DNA of 63,941 bases, filler included. It is 8 parts of 8 records of this genome, joined end to end, with 100 filler letters (N's around TTAATTAATTAA, not from the genome) between each part and the next. Parts side by side here need not be neighbours in the genome. Positions count along the whole stretch, not along the records: positions 45,475 to 56,596 come from SRR7504441_11; positions 56,697 to 59,816 come from SRR7504441_19; 6 more parts are not named here. One strand, written 5' to 3'. Below are positions 48,658-59,477 of the stretch, piece after piece. The first letter of the stretch is position 1, and each line of letters opens with the position of its first letter. A program made the position numbers and the translations under genes. The notes below the pieces were generated by a model that saw nothing but the letters and a program-made list of their open reading frames with translations, was not told the DNA's origin and did not search any database.

Positions 48658-51600
48658 ATGACGGGAACCGCAGCGGGAGAGCCGGCTCCGGAAGAGGGCA
48701 TAGACGAGGATGCGCTCTCGCGGCAGCTGGCTGTGTATGGGGTGGCCGGTCAAGCCAAGATCAAGCGGTCGCACGTGCTGGTGAGCGGGATGGGCGCGCT
48801 GGGGATCGAAATCGCCAAGAACCTCTGCCTGGCTGGCGTCCGAGCGGTCACCATCCACGACACAACCGACGCCACCCCGGCCGATCTGAACGGCAACTTC
48901 TACCTGTCCCCCGCCGACGTGGGCGCCAACCGGGCCTCGGGCACACTGGCTAAGCTCAAGGTGCTCAATCCGCAGGTGACAGTGGCGGCCCGCACCGACG
49001 AGCTGGCCGAGCTGGCCGGCGTGACGGTGCTGGTGGCCACCGAGATGCGGCTGGAGCAGCAGCTGAAGCTGAACGCGGTCTGTCGGGCCCAGGGGATCAG
49101 GTTCATCGCAGCGGAGGTGCGCGGGGTGTTCGGGAGCTGCTTCGTGGACTTTGGGGACGAGTTCGTGACCAGCGACCCCAACGGCATGCCCGTGATCCAG
49201 TGCATGCTGTCCAACATCAGCCGGGGCAGCCCGTGCCAACTGACCACCGTGGAGGAGGGGGTGGACCCAAAGACCGGCAAGATGCAGTATAAGCGCCACG
49301 AGCTGTATGACGGCGACACAATAACTCTCTCTGGTGTCAACGGCCTCCGGGCGGACGAGGCCGATGAGCAGTCGCCGATCGAGGCGGTCGAGCTGGCCGT
49401 CAAGGTGGTCGACCCGCACAACCTGACGGTCGATTTCGACACGTCGGAGCTCTCCGCTTACATTGGCGGCGCATCGATCACCGAGGTGAAGCAGCCCGTC
49501 CCGATCGGTTTCCAGCCGCTCCAAGCCAACGTGAGCGCGCCGGTGTTCATGATGGCCAACTCGCCGGATGAGGACAAGCAGTGGAACACGGCCTACTCGC
49601 AGGCGGCGCTCCACCTTGGGTTCCGGGCGCTCCACCAGTTTATTGAATCCGAGGGCCGGCTGCCCGGGCCGTGGTGCCAGGCAGACGCCGACGCCGTGGT
49701 CCAGATCGCCAGGGAGATCAACGGGGAGGACGGGGAGGTGGATCTGGCCGGCGGGCTGGCCGCGCGTCCGATTGAGCTGCTCGCGTTGACTAGCAGCGGG
49801 GTGCTCGCGCCACTGAGTGCGGTGCTGGGCGGGTATGTGGCCCAGGAGGCGCTCAAAGCGGTGATGGACAAGTACACCCCGCTCCAGCAGTACGTGTACA
49901 TGGCCTGCGAGGAGGTGGTGCCGGTGGATCTGGCCCAGCCGAGCCTCGAGTACGACCCGGTCGAGTTCCAACCGCACGATGGACAGACCGACGCGCAAGT
50001 GGTGTGCATCGGCAGGGATACCTGCGCCAAGCTGGCAGAGCTCAATCTGTTCATGATCGGGGCGGGCGCGATTGGGTGCGAGCTGATCAAGAATCTGGCC
50101 ATGCTCCGGTGCTGCACCCGCGGTAAGCTGCTGGTGACCGACCCGGACTCGATCGAGAAATCAAATTTAAACAGACAATTCCTGTTCACCTACAACGACA
50201 TCAGCCAGAACAAGTCGACCACCGCGATCAAGGCGGTGCAGGCCATGTACCCCCAGATGCAGGCCGAGTCTCTCACCGACCTGGTGGCGCCCTCCACAGA
50301 GGACAAGTTCCATGCAGACTTCTGGGATGCCCAGGACTGCTTCCTGAACGCGCTGGACAACGTCAAGGCCAGGGCGTACGTGGACCAGCGCTGTGCGGCG
50401 GCGCATAAGCCGCTGATTGACTCGGGCACCACGGGAACCAAGGGGCACACGCAGGTGGTAGTGCCTCTGCTCACAGAGACCTGGGGCGACCAAAAGGACC
50501 CGGATGTTGAGATGGGCATCCCGGAGTGCACCGTCAAGTTCTGGCCGTCAGTGATCGCGCACACCATCTCCTGGGCCAAGCAGCAGCTCGAGCTTCGGTT
50601 TTTCAGCGCGCCGGTCGAGATCAACAAGCTGCTCTCTGGTGACTTCAGCGAGAATGTGGCCAACTCAAAGGGCAAGGACGCGGCCAATCTGCTCAAGACA
50701 CTCAAGATGCTCAAAAAGCTGCTCGTAAACCGGCCGGCTGACTATGCCGACTGCTGCAGACTGGCGCGGACCAAGTTTGAGAAGCAGTTCAACCACCGGA
50801 TTCGACAGCTACTGATTGCGCACCCGGCGGACAAAATGGAAACGTTCAAGGATCAGCAGGGCAACGAATGCCAGAAACCATTCTGGTCGCTGCCTCGCCG
50901 GCTGCCAACTGCAATTGAGTTTGACCCGGCCGACTCGGCGCACGTGGACTATGTGATTGCGTATGCCATGCTGCTCTATCGACTGTGGAAGATGCCAGAG
51001 CCCGCTGAATGGTCTCACGAGGACAAGCAGGCGCAAGCCAGAGCGGTCGTGGCTGAAATGCAGCCTGAGCCTTTCGATGACAACAAGGTCGACCTGAACA
51101 AATTCAAGGAGGGCGTGTCTGCCAACGATTTGAAGAAAGCTGACAAAGCCAAGTTTGATGGCAGCCAGATGGCGGATCTGGCAGCCTTGACCCAGGAGCT
51201 GGCCGAGATGCTGGCTGAGGGTGGCGATGGACTTCAGTTCCTTGAAGACGAGTTTGAGAAGGACCACGATAGCAACTACCACATTGCATTCATCACAGCG
51301 GCTTCCAACATGCGGGCCCGGTGCTACTCTATCAAGGAGGAGACATTTTTGCAGACAAAGCTGATTGCGGGCAAGATTATTCCTGCAATTGCCACGACCA
51401 CCACTGTGGTGTCGGCAGCTGTAATCATCGAATTGATTAAGATCGTCCAGCAGCGGCCGCTAGAATCATTCAAGACCCTCTATTTGGATCTGGCCCTGCC
51501 AGTTTTGACTCATTACACCCCAAAGCAGCCGATTCAGAAGATGGTGCTTGCCCGCCCTTCGAGCTCCAAAGACGACTCCGCCTGGCAAGAAGTCTCAGGC

Positions 51601-54600
51601 TGCCTGCCGTACACTGCCTGGGACAGATGGGAAGTGCGCGAAGGCGACCTGACCATCAGGGCTCTGATTGAGCACTTCAAAGCCTTCTACGGCCTGCTGG
51701 TGTGGTCTGTCTTCTGGCATGGCCAGGCGGTGTTGGAAGGGCTTGGAGAGTCAGAGGTCTTCACTGGTGCGACTAAGAAGGCTGCCCTGAAGGAGCTGGC
51801 AGCAGTGATTGACCGCAAACTGACTGAGGTGCTGCAACAGGCAGCAGATGAAGACGCAGAAGGCGCAGACGCTGAGGATGCACAGGGGCCATTTGAAGAG
51901 TCAGAGCCCCTTGAGCTACTCATCACCTTCCGAACACCAAGCGGCGATGTGGTCAAAGAGACGCCGAAAGTGGTCGTTCACCTATCCGAGGCTGCGCGCG
52001 TCGAGGGCTTCTCCCAGCGTGCGGTGCTGCTTGAGAAACGGTTGGCGCTCCAAGATGAAGTGGTGGCCCAATTGAAAGAGGCCCTCGCGGCCAAGCCCGA
52101 GGTCCCAGTATGGAATCCAGTCCAGATTGTACTGTATGAGGGTGAGCACCCGACGCCTGCTTCAATTGCGCTCGAAGGCATGCTGTGTGAGCTGGGGATG
52201 GCGTACAGCAAGGAGCCTCAGTCGAAGGATGGCCCCGTGCTTGACCAGGATGGGCTGACCTTCTGGGACATGAAATCGGCCATCACACACATTGCCAATG
52301 TCAGCGCGATACCGTCATGGTATCCTCAGGAGGTAGAGGCGCGCACAAGGTGTCATGAGGCGCTGTTCTTGCATGAGAAGTGGCTCACGCCATACCTGAT
52401 TGAAACCATACTTGCTCCGTCGATGGGCTGGCGGGATGAGGTATCTGATGACGAACGATCCAAAGCGTGTGCAGAGTTGAGACAAGTTGCCTGGCCGCGC
52501 ATCCAATCGCTGCTCGAGCGCAGTGGCGGACCGCTGCTTGGTGGCGCCTACCCTTCCATGGGCGACCTGGTTGTGGGTATAGCCCTCACAGCAGCCCAAC
52601 TTCGGCTTCCAACCCTCGATATCTGGACCTCCCAGGTCTCCCAGTACACAAAAACTCTCAAGGTCAAGCTGCGGCAATGGGCAGAGTACATGGCACGGCA
52701 GGAGGTTGTGTTTGGAGGCTACTGCCTGCAAGCTCAGTTGCCGGAAGGGCAAGGGACTGTGGAGGATACTGACCAAGCTACTGTCGGGCAGCTGCTGGAC
52801 AAGCTGGCAGAGCTGAGCGGGCTTGCCGTGGATGACATGGCAATCAAGTGCGGAGGGGGCATCCTTGGGTGCAGGGCTGTGGTGCTGTTGGGGTACCCAG
52901 ACTGCAAACTCGAACCAGGCTATGACTGCGATCTCAAGCTGATTGATCTGGGGGTGCATCATAATGATGTGATCCTTGTGCGCTCAATTGCATCGCTTGA
53001 AGCCGACGATGGCGCCAACACCTGTGGTCCTTGTGGCCCACCACTACTCACTCGAACCACCACAGGTAACCGGGCGGTTTGCCCTGTCTGCTCAAAAGTA
53101 TTTGAGATGCATAACATCCAAGGCCACATCGAAATGCACCTTGAAGGCTCTGAGGATGGCCAAAGTGACGCGCCGGCAGGTCAGCTAGTTCGTACCTACA
53201 CGCGACACATCCTGGAAGAAGTACCTCAGATCACAAAGATCGATATGGACGAGGCTGGGCACGTCTTTTTCCCTTTTAAAGACGACGAGCCACGCGACGA
53301 GGCTCACATCGAGCAGGAGATTGCTTATCTGGTCGAGGGCCTGCCAAAGAAGAATCTGTCGGGCGGCGCCATGTTTGTAGCAAGGGACGTCAAGCGGCAG
53401 TACTATCTCAAGTGCATGGTCATCGGCCCGGAGGAGACGCCGTATGAATCCGGCTGCTTTGAGTTTGACATTGCGTTGCCTCCGAACTACCCCAAGTCTC
53501 CGCCCAAAGTACAACTTGTCACTACGGGCCGGGGTGCAGTCCGATTCAACGCGAATATGTATGCCAATGGCAAGGTGTGCTTATCACTGCTGGGCACCCA
53601 CTCCGGTGGGCTGCCGTGGGACCCCAAATCGTCCACTCTGCTCCAGGTAGTTGAGTCAATTGCGTGGTGCATCATGATTGGGAACGAAGTGCCTCGGCAT
53701 CCTTGGTTCAATGAGCCAGGGTACGCTGACGGGTATGAGCAGACAGGTAAGCTGACCGAATTGGCACAGGCACTGTCAGCCACCTACAACCGGGAGATCA
53801 GGAGGTGCACTATCAAGATTTGCATGATTGACCAAATTAAGTACCCACCTCTAGGATTTGAGGATGCAATCCGCGAGCACTTTTCGGCCAAAGGCGATGC
53901 AATCCTGGCCAAGGTGCGTGAGTGGGAAGCTGAAGATACTGAGGACGATTTCCAAGATATCTACCAACTCCGCCAGGAGGCTATCGTAGCATATAGCTCG
54001 GAACAGCTGCAAGGGGTTCTGAACAAGATGGTTTCTCTTCGCGAGAAGATGCGAGATGATTCCGACATACCAGAGGAGCCAGCAGTGCAGAACGTAACGG
54101 TGGAGGAAGTATCAGAGGAGGACTACATCACACTCAGCTGGACTCACCCTAAGGAGAAATTGGGCATCAAGTTTCACAATAATTCTTACATGATCTATAC
54201 CGTCAGCAAGAATGTTGGTAAGAAGAAATTCATGCTCCAGCGTCAGTTCAAGTGGCTCTGCCAGATCAACGGCCGAAGCGTCTTTGAAGCGCCTCTGAAA
54301 GAGAACATGAACGAAGTTTACAAGAACACACGACCGTTGGAGCTCACTTTCACAACTGAGGAAGAATACCTCAGGATCCGGCCAGCGGATTATCAAGAAG
54401 TGAGCGCTCCAGTCGAGGACGACACAATCGAAGCCGAGTTTGATAAGGACATCGCCAAGGCCCAGGAGAGACTTGCCCAGATGAAGGAGGCTGAGACCCA
54501 TTCGCTCGAGCAGGAAGCCGAAACATTTATCACCAGGGTAGACAAGCTGAGAGCGTTGTTAGAAGAAGACATCGGTGACCTGAACGACGAAGAAGTATAC

Positions 54601-56287
54601 AGCCCAGAGCCGGAGGCCCCTGAAGACCGAGATCCTGAATCGGAACCAATTTTCCTGTGGTACTTTTCGACCGTGGACTGCGAGGCGGCACCAGAGAGCG
54701 AGCAGGTGCAAGAGTGGGGAGAGTTCGACATGGACTCGAGCGCTTACCTTGAAGAGATGTTCGCTGAGGACTCAGCATCACCTGGATTTGAGATTGACAT
54801 CGGCGGACAGACCTATGTGATCGATTTGGCCGGTATGACCCAGACAAATACGGAATCTGGCACCAAGAGGTGGATCAAGCGTGAGCAGAAGCCAGTGTTG
54901 GACAAGGAGGCCGAGGAGGCGGCCCTGCAAGAGAGCCTGGCCACGCTGTTGGCTGTGACTGGTGGGCAGTACCCAGAGGATGTGCTGCTGGCGCTGCTCA
55001 AGCACCACCCAGCAAAGGACAACTTGGATGCAGTGATGAATGCTCTGTTTGCACCCGACTTCAACGGGATGCTGTGGCTGCAGAAGAGCTCGCAGGCAGA
55101 TTCAGTTGCTCAGAGCCTAGCGGGGTTGCCAAGGAGTCAAGTGGTGGAGGAATGGGTCTGCTGGTGTGGCGCCAACCAGCCTGTAGCTACGAACGTTTGC
55201 TCGATCTGCCAGCAGCCTCGGCAGCCCACTGCAAAGATTGTCCCCCGGCGGGCAACTACGGCAGAGGTTCTCAACAGGCTATCTGACAAGGTGACGCCGT
55301 ACAAAGAGGCGGTGGAAGAAGCAAGACAGCTGTGCTTTCTGCTGCAGGCACCAGCAGTGGTGTGGGAGTACGTGCCACCCGGCCAGAACAAGTGGCACAG
55401 CTTTGAAAGAGACGATATTGCAAAGATCGAGCGATGGTGCCAGCAGGGGGGCGAGCCTAACATCGAGGTCAAGCTACCTGGGCAGGGCAAGTACATTGTG
55501 GACATGGAGCAGCTCCGGATGCAGAAGTTTAATCCAGGGATGGGCTTCCAGGGTGGCAACACAATCCAACCGGTGACCCTGCCCCCATGCACACCTGCTG
55601 ACATTTGTGCAGGTCCGCCGGCGGGAAATGGGCTCGCGCATGACTGAGCTCTTCGAAAAGGCCCAGTTGAACGAGTCGGAGGCTTCGGCTCTGCTGGCTC
55701 AGCTTCAGACCAAGCATGACGCAATCAAGAAAAAGATTACGCAACATGCGGAAGAAGGCATAGATGACCAAAAGGAGGACGGGGAGTGCGCTATAATGTG
55801 GCCTCAGTGCGCAGAGTGCACGTTCATCAATGAGATTTCCGCAACTCACTGCGAGATGTGCAACGCCCCTGCGCCTCCTGCGATAGTGAACCCATTCGCT
55901 GAGGTCCTTGAGAAGACTTGGACCTGCGAGAAATGCAATTCCAAGAACCCTGACAACGCAACCGGCTGTATGTACTGTGGCATGCTTAACCCCTGGCTAC
56001 AAGGGCTCGGAAATTCACAGTATCTTGGAGGCAATTTCTCCATGTCCTATCAAGCTGGATATGGATTTGGTGGCAAGCAAGGCCCCAAGGGCAAAGGAAT
56101 CGATAAGCAGAAAGTTTTTGATACTGTTGTGGGCAGCCAGGGGCCTTTCATTACACGCACTATCACCACCACGGCTCTCAGAGAGGAGCTCGAAGATCTG
56201 ATCACGAGGCTGAAGAGCGGCGAGAACGTCACCTGTAGCACCGATGATCGGGCTCCTGTGGTCAATCCGCGCTATGATGCTCACTAG
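48658..56287 (+). CDS. UBA6-like E1 / GST-like / Ub-like / UBZ / BIRC6-UBE2Z-type E2 / PDZ-like / WWE / UBA-CUE-like / RanBP2-NZF fusion protein, ~2,529 aa
   Basis: One open frame 48658-55572 plus a 40-nt intron (55573-55612, branch-like GCTGAC) to the last exon. E1: SRQL, GAGAIGCE, DPDSIEKSNLNRQFLF, ALDN, catalytic IPECTVK (Cys 50527-50529), FEKD, IAGKIIPAIATTT, UFD to ~51985. E2: GPEETPYESGCFEFD...YPKSPPKV...TTG...RFNANMYANGKVCLSLLGT (Cys 53578-53580)...PWFNEPGY. Confidence 0.92.
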
Positions 56288-56596
56288 ACACCCCTTATTT
56301 GGGAACTTTATATTACAAGTAATATTAAACTCATCAAACGTATATTAAGGTACATGAATTGTACGCAACACATGACATTGAGTCTCTGTCTGGCTAGACT
56401 AGTGGAGGTGGGTCAGGCTGCCTGACAGTCATAATTTATTATGACAGCCATAATTGTCTCGCGGCAGCTAGTTTTTTTTGGCCAGCAGCTAAGCATTAAT
56501 TAGCGTTACGGTAGCTTCCATCTAAGCTTAAATTTGAATCTTTGTTACTCGTATTACACCCATTAGTTGATTAGTGTTGTGAATTAAACATAACAT

Positions 56597-56696
56597 NNNN
56601 NNNNNNNNNNNNNNNNNNNNNNNNNNNNNNNNNNNNNNNNTTAATTAATTAANNNNNNNNNNNNNNNNNNNNNNNNNNNNNNNNNNNNNNNNNNNN
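56597..56696. other. Artificial contig-joining spacer
   Basis: 44 N + TTAATTAATTAA + 44 N. Confidence 0.98.
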
Positions 56697-56857
56697 GTAA
56701 TGTACGCTGCAACTGAGACTAGAATTCAATGGTGTTTAAAGGCAATAATGATGCGTCCACTAAGCCAGTGTCTCAGTGAGCCGGCCACTCAATATTACTC
56801 AATATTAAGCATTGGGGGGCCCACAAGCTTACTGGTACCCGGTGTACACCCGGTGAG

Positions 56858-59359
56858 TTACGCCTTGAAGGTTTTGAGAGGGTCGTTCTTCTTCCCTCGC
56901 CCACCTTTGCCGCCTTTGCCTTTGCCTTTGCCTCGACCCTTCCCTTTTCCACCCTTCCTGCCTTGGTTCCTGGCCACCACAAAATGCGGATTCGTATCGT
57001 CACAGTACAGTTGGCTGGTCACCTTCTACGAGCTGACTTAGGCAGGGTCGTGCTATCCAGCAAATAGGATGGAATGTGCCCTAGATGCTTCGATACGGCC
57101 TGAAGGCAAGGTCAGAGCTGGTAGCTGCGAGGCTGTGCTGCCTTGGCGGTGCCTTTGTTGTCGTGCCTCAGCGCATCCTTGTCCAGAGGGTTATCCTCAA
57201 AGTGTGCCTGCAGATCCCAGCCACAGACCGCTCAGACCACATCCAGCAGCCACGCCCACTTTGAGTTTCTCCGAGTTCAGCAGCTCCTGGCGCAGGGCTC
57301 TGTTCCTAGCATTGTTCACCGCTGTGTTGGTCACCTGCCAGACGCAGCTCACCACATGTGCACCGGTGCGCCCACCTTCTGCAGCACGTCCTCGACTCTG
57401 TACCGCAGAGCCTCCAGGTCCGGCAGCTTGATTTTGCATTCCGAGACAGTAAACCCCGCCTGATACCGTCTAACGCTCACTATACGTGTCGCAAATATGG
57501 GGTGGGATACCTTTCTCTGGCGCTCAGCTATCACATTCAGAGCTTCTTGGTCGCCGTCGTCAACAAAAGAGAGAGCGATCCCCGTCTTGTTGCCTGGACC
57601 GGCCTTGCTGGCACCACGGCCGCAGCACCAGGCCGGCACCTCGAGCGGTCCGTCCTATCCGGTGCACATACTGAGCGTAAGTGTCGGGCAGGTCGAAATT
57701 CACCACAACTTTGACCTGCGCGCGATGCCCGGCTGCCGACCGGCACGGGATACCTCCTTGAAGTCAATCCCTCGCGTGATGCCATATGAGTTGTCCTCTT
57801 TGTCGCTCCGGCGCCGCTTCTTGGGCGAATGCTCTAGACAGGGCATCAGCACAGCCCAATCGAGAGCACCTTTATCTGCGAGCTGGTGCTTTTGGCCTGC
57901 CTCCATCTCGGCTTCAGCTTCGGCCATCTCCTTATCATCTCCCGAGATATCATCACTGTCCTCCGCATCGTCAGCTTCCTCATCCCCATCCTCATCCTCC
58001 TCCTCGTCCTCGGCCCCATCCTCATCCTCTTCCTCGTCCTCAGCCTCATCCTCAGCATCCGCATCCTGGCTGACTGAAGCTGCTGCGTCAGTCGCAATCA
58101 CAATCTCGACCACCCCTCTGTTGAATTGGTCCAGGATGTGGCTCCGTGAGTTGCGCGGCAGCTCGGCGTTCATCACCTGCCGCCAGCCTCGGCTCGATCT
58201 CGACCGCCGCCGCGCACCGCTGAGCTGATGCCAAAGTGCTCCAAAAAGAGGTGCAGCTTGAAGCAAGTGGGCACGTCGTGCACAAACACCAGCGTCTGCC
58301 CCGGCCAGATCGACTGTGTCGGGTGGATGGCACACCTTTCCCTTGATGTGCTGCAGTCGGAGCAAGCCGTAGAGCGCGAGGAACTTCTGACTGTCATTCA
58401 CGTGAAAGTACCACTGAGCCAGCCTGGCAGCCTCCTGGGCCGACTCCTCCAGCTTGAGTGTGACCGGGTTGTGCAGTACCAGCTTCTGGAGCGCCTGCAG
58501 CCGGCTGACTGCCCGGCTGGCACCTTGCCGGCACCTTAACGTCAGAGGTGAGCGTCGCCGACATGAGCAGCGACTGTGTGATCTTGGGAAGCTGTTTGGC
58601 CAACGTCTGCATGTCCCGCTCAAACCTGGAGCTAGATCAGCCCCGGGCCGCTGGCCGGCTTACCCGTACGAGAACATCAGATCGGCCTCGTCGACGACAA
58701 GCATCTTGAGACTGGTCAGCTCGAGCCCTCCGCTGTGTAGATGCTCTACCAGCCTGGCTGGAGTGGAGATCACGATGTCTGGCAGCTCGAGCAGCCGCAC
58801 CCTGGTCCGCGTCAGCCACAGTCCCAGGCTGCGCACCGTTGCTCGCTGGCGCTCATTTCGGCTGTGAGGTGGAACAGCCGCAGCTGCGTGCGGCAGAATG
58901 CAATTAGCTGTCGCATCACGGCCCGGACCTGCCGGCGCTGATCTGGCCGCCCGCACCCAGCGCACCTGGTCGCACAGGTCCGAAGTAGGCACCAGCACCA
59001 GCGCTTTGATGCCCTCAGTGTGCTCGCCCTGGTTGGCCTCCTGCAGTGCCAGCTCCCGGCTGCCCGCAGAGGCCGGACACCTTGAGTAACCGGTCGACCA
59101 GCGGGATCCCGTACGCCACTGTTTTGCCACTCCCAGTGCGCGCCCGCGCGAGGATGTCCTTGCCCTCCTGCGCCAGCCTGATGCTGCCGGTCTGCACCAT
59201 CGTAGGGCGTTTAAAGCCCTGGTGCGTAGGTCAGCCAGGCCAGCCGGTCAGGGCCACCATCTTAGCGAGCGCGCGCAGCAGCCGATCGTCCAAATCGAAA
59301 CCCCCGAAGGTCTGCTCATTGTCGTCGAGGGGCAGCGGCGGGGCAATCGGAAGCTCCAT
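56858..59359 (-). CDS. DBP9: DEAD-box RNA helicase DBP9/DDX56 (60S biogenesis), ~610 aa, ~16 introns
   Basis: Q motif [53 protein letters not shown]; family-typical [28 protein letters not shown] and terminal DPLKTF. Introns of 35-53 nt total 669 nt and leave a 1,833-nt in-frame CDS. Confidence 0.92.
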
Positions 59360-59477
59360 TGGCAGTGTTCCCGCGCGACGCCGCGAGCTCCAGCGTAAAA
59401 TTCCAGAGAGTGTTTCGACAACTGGCCATGGCTGGCTGCGACCTATTGAGTAGGAAGTGAGCGATAAGTGAGCGAGC

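Noticed and set aside
48469-49998. 509-aa antisense ORF over the E1 region, and similar long antisense ORFs over 39300-44000
   Set aside because: Shadow ORFs expected from GC-rich codon usage on the coding strand; no recognisable motifs.
52715-52990. Idea that the fusion encodes its own conjugatable ubiquitin-like modifier
   Set aside because: No Gly-Gly at the end of the fold and no protease domain in the protein; it resembles an OTU1/UBX-type adaptor instead.
55140-55990. A RING or HECT E3 domain completing an E1-E2-E3 fusion
   Set aside because: The Cys clusters are four-Cys RanBP2/NZF-type fingers; no RING spacing or HECT motif found.
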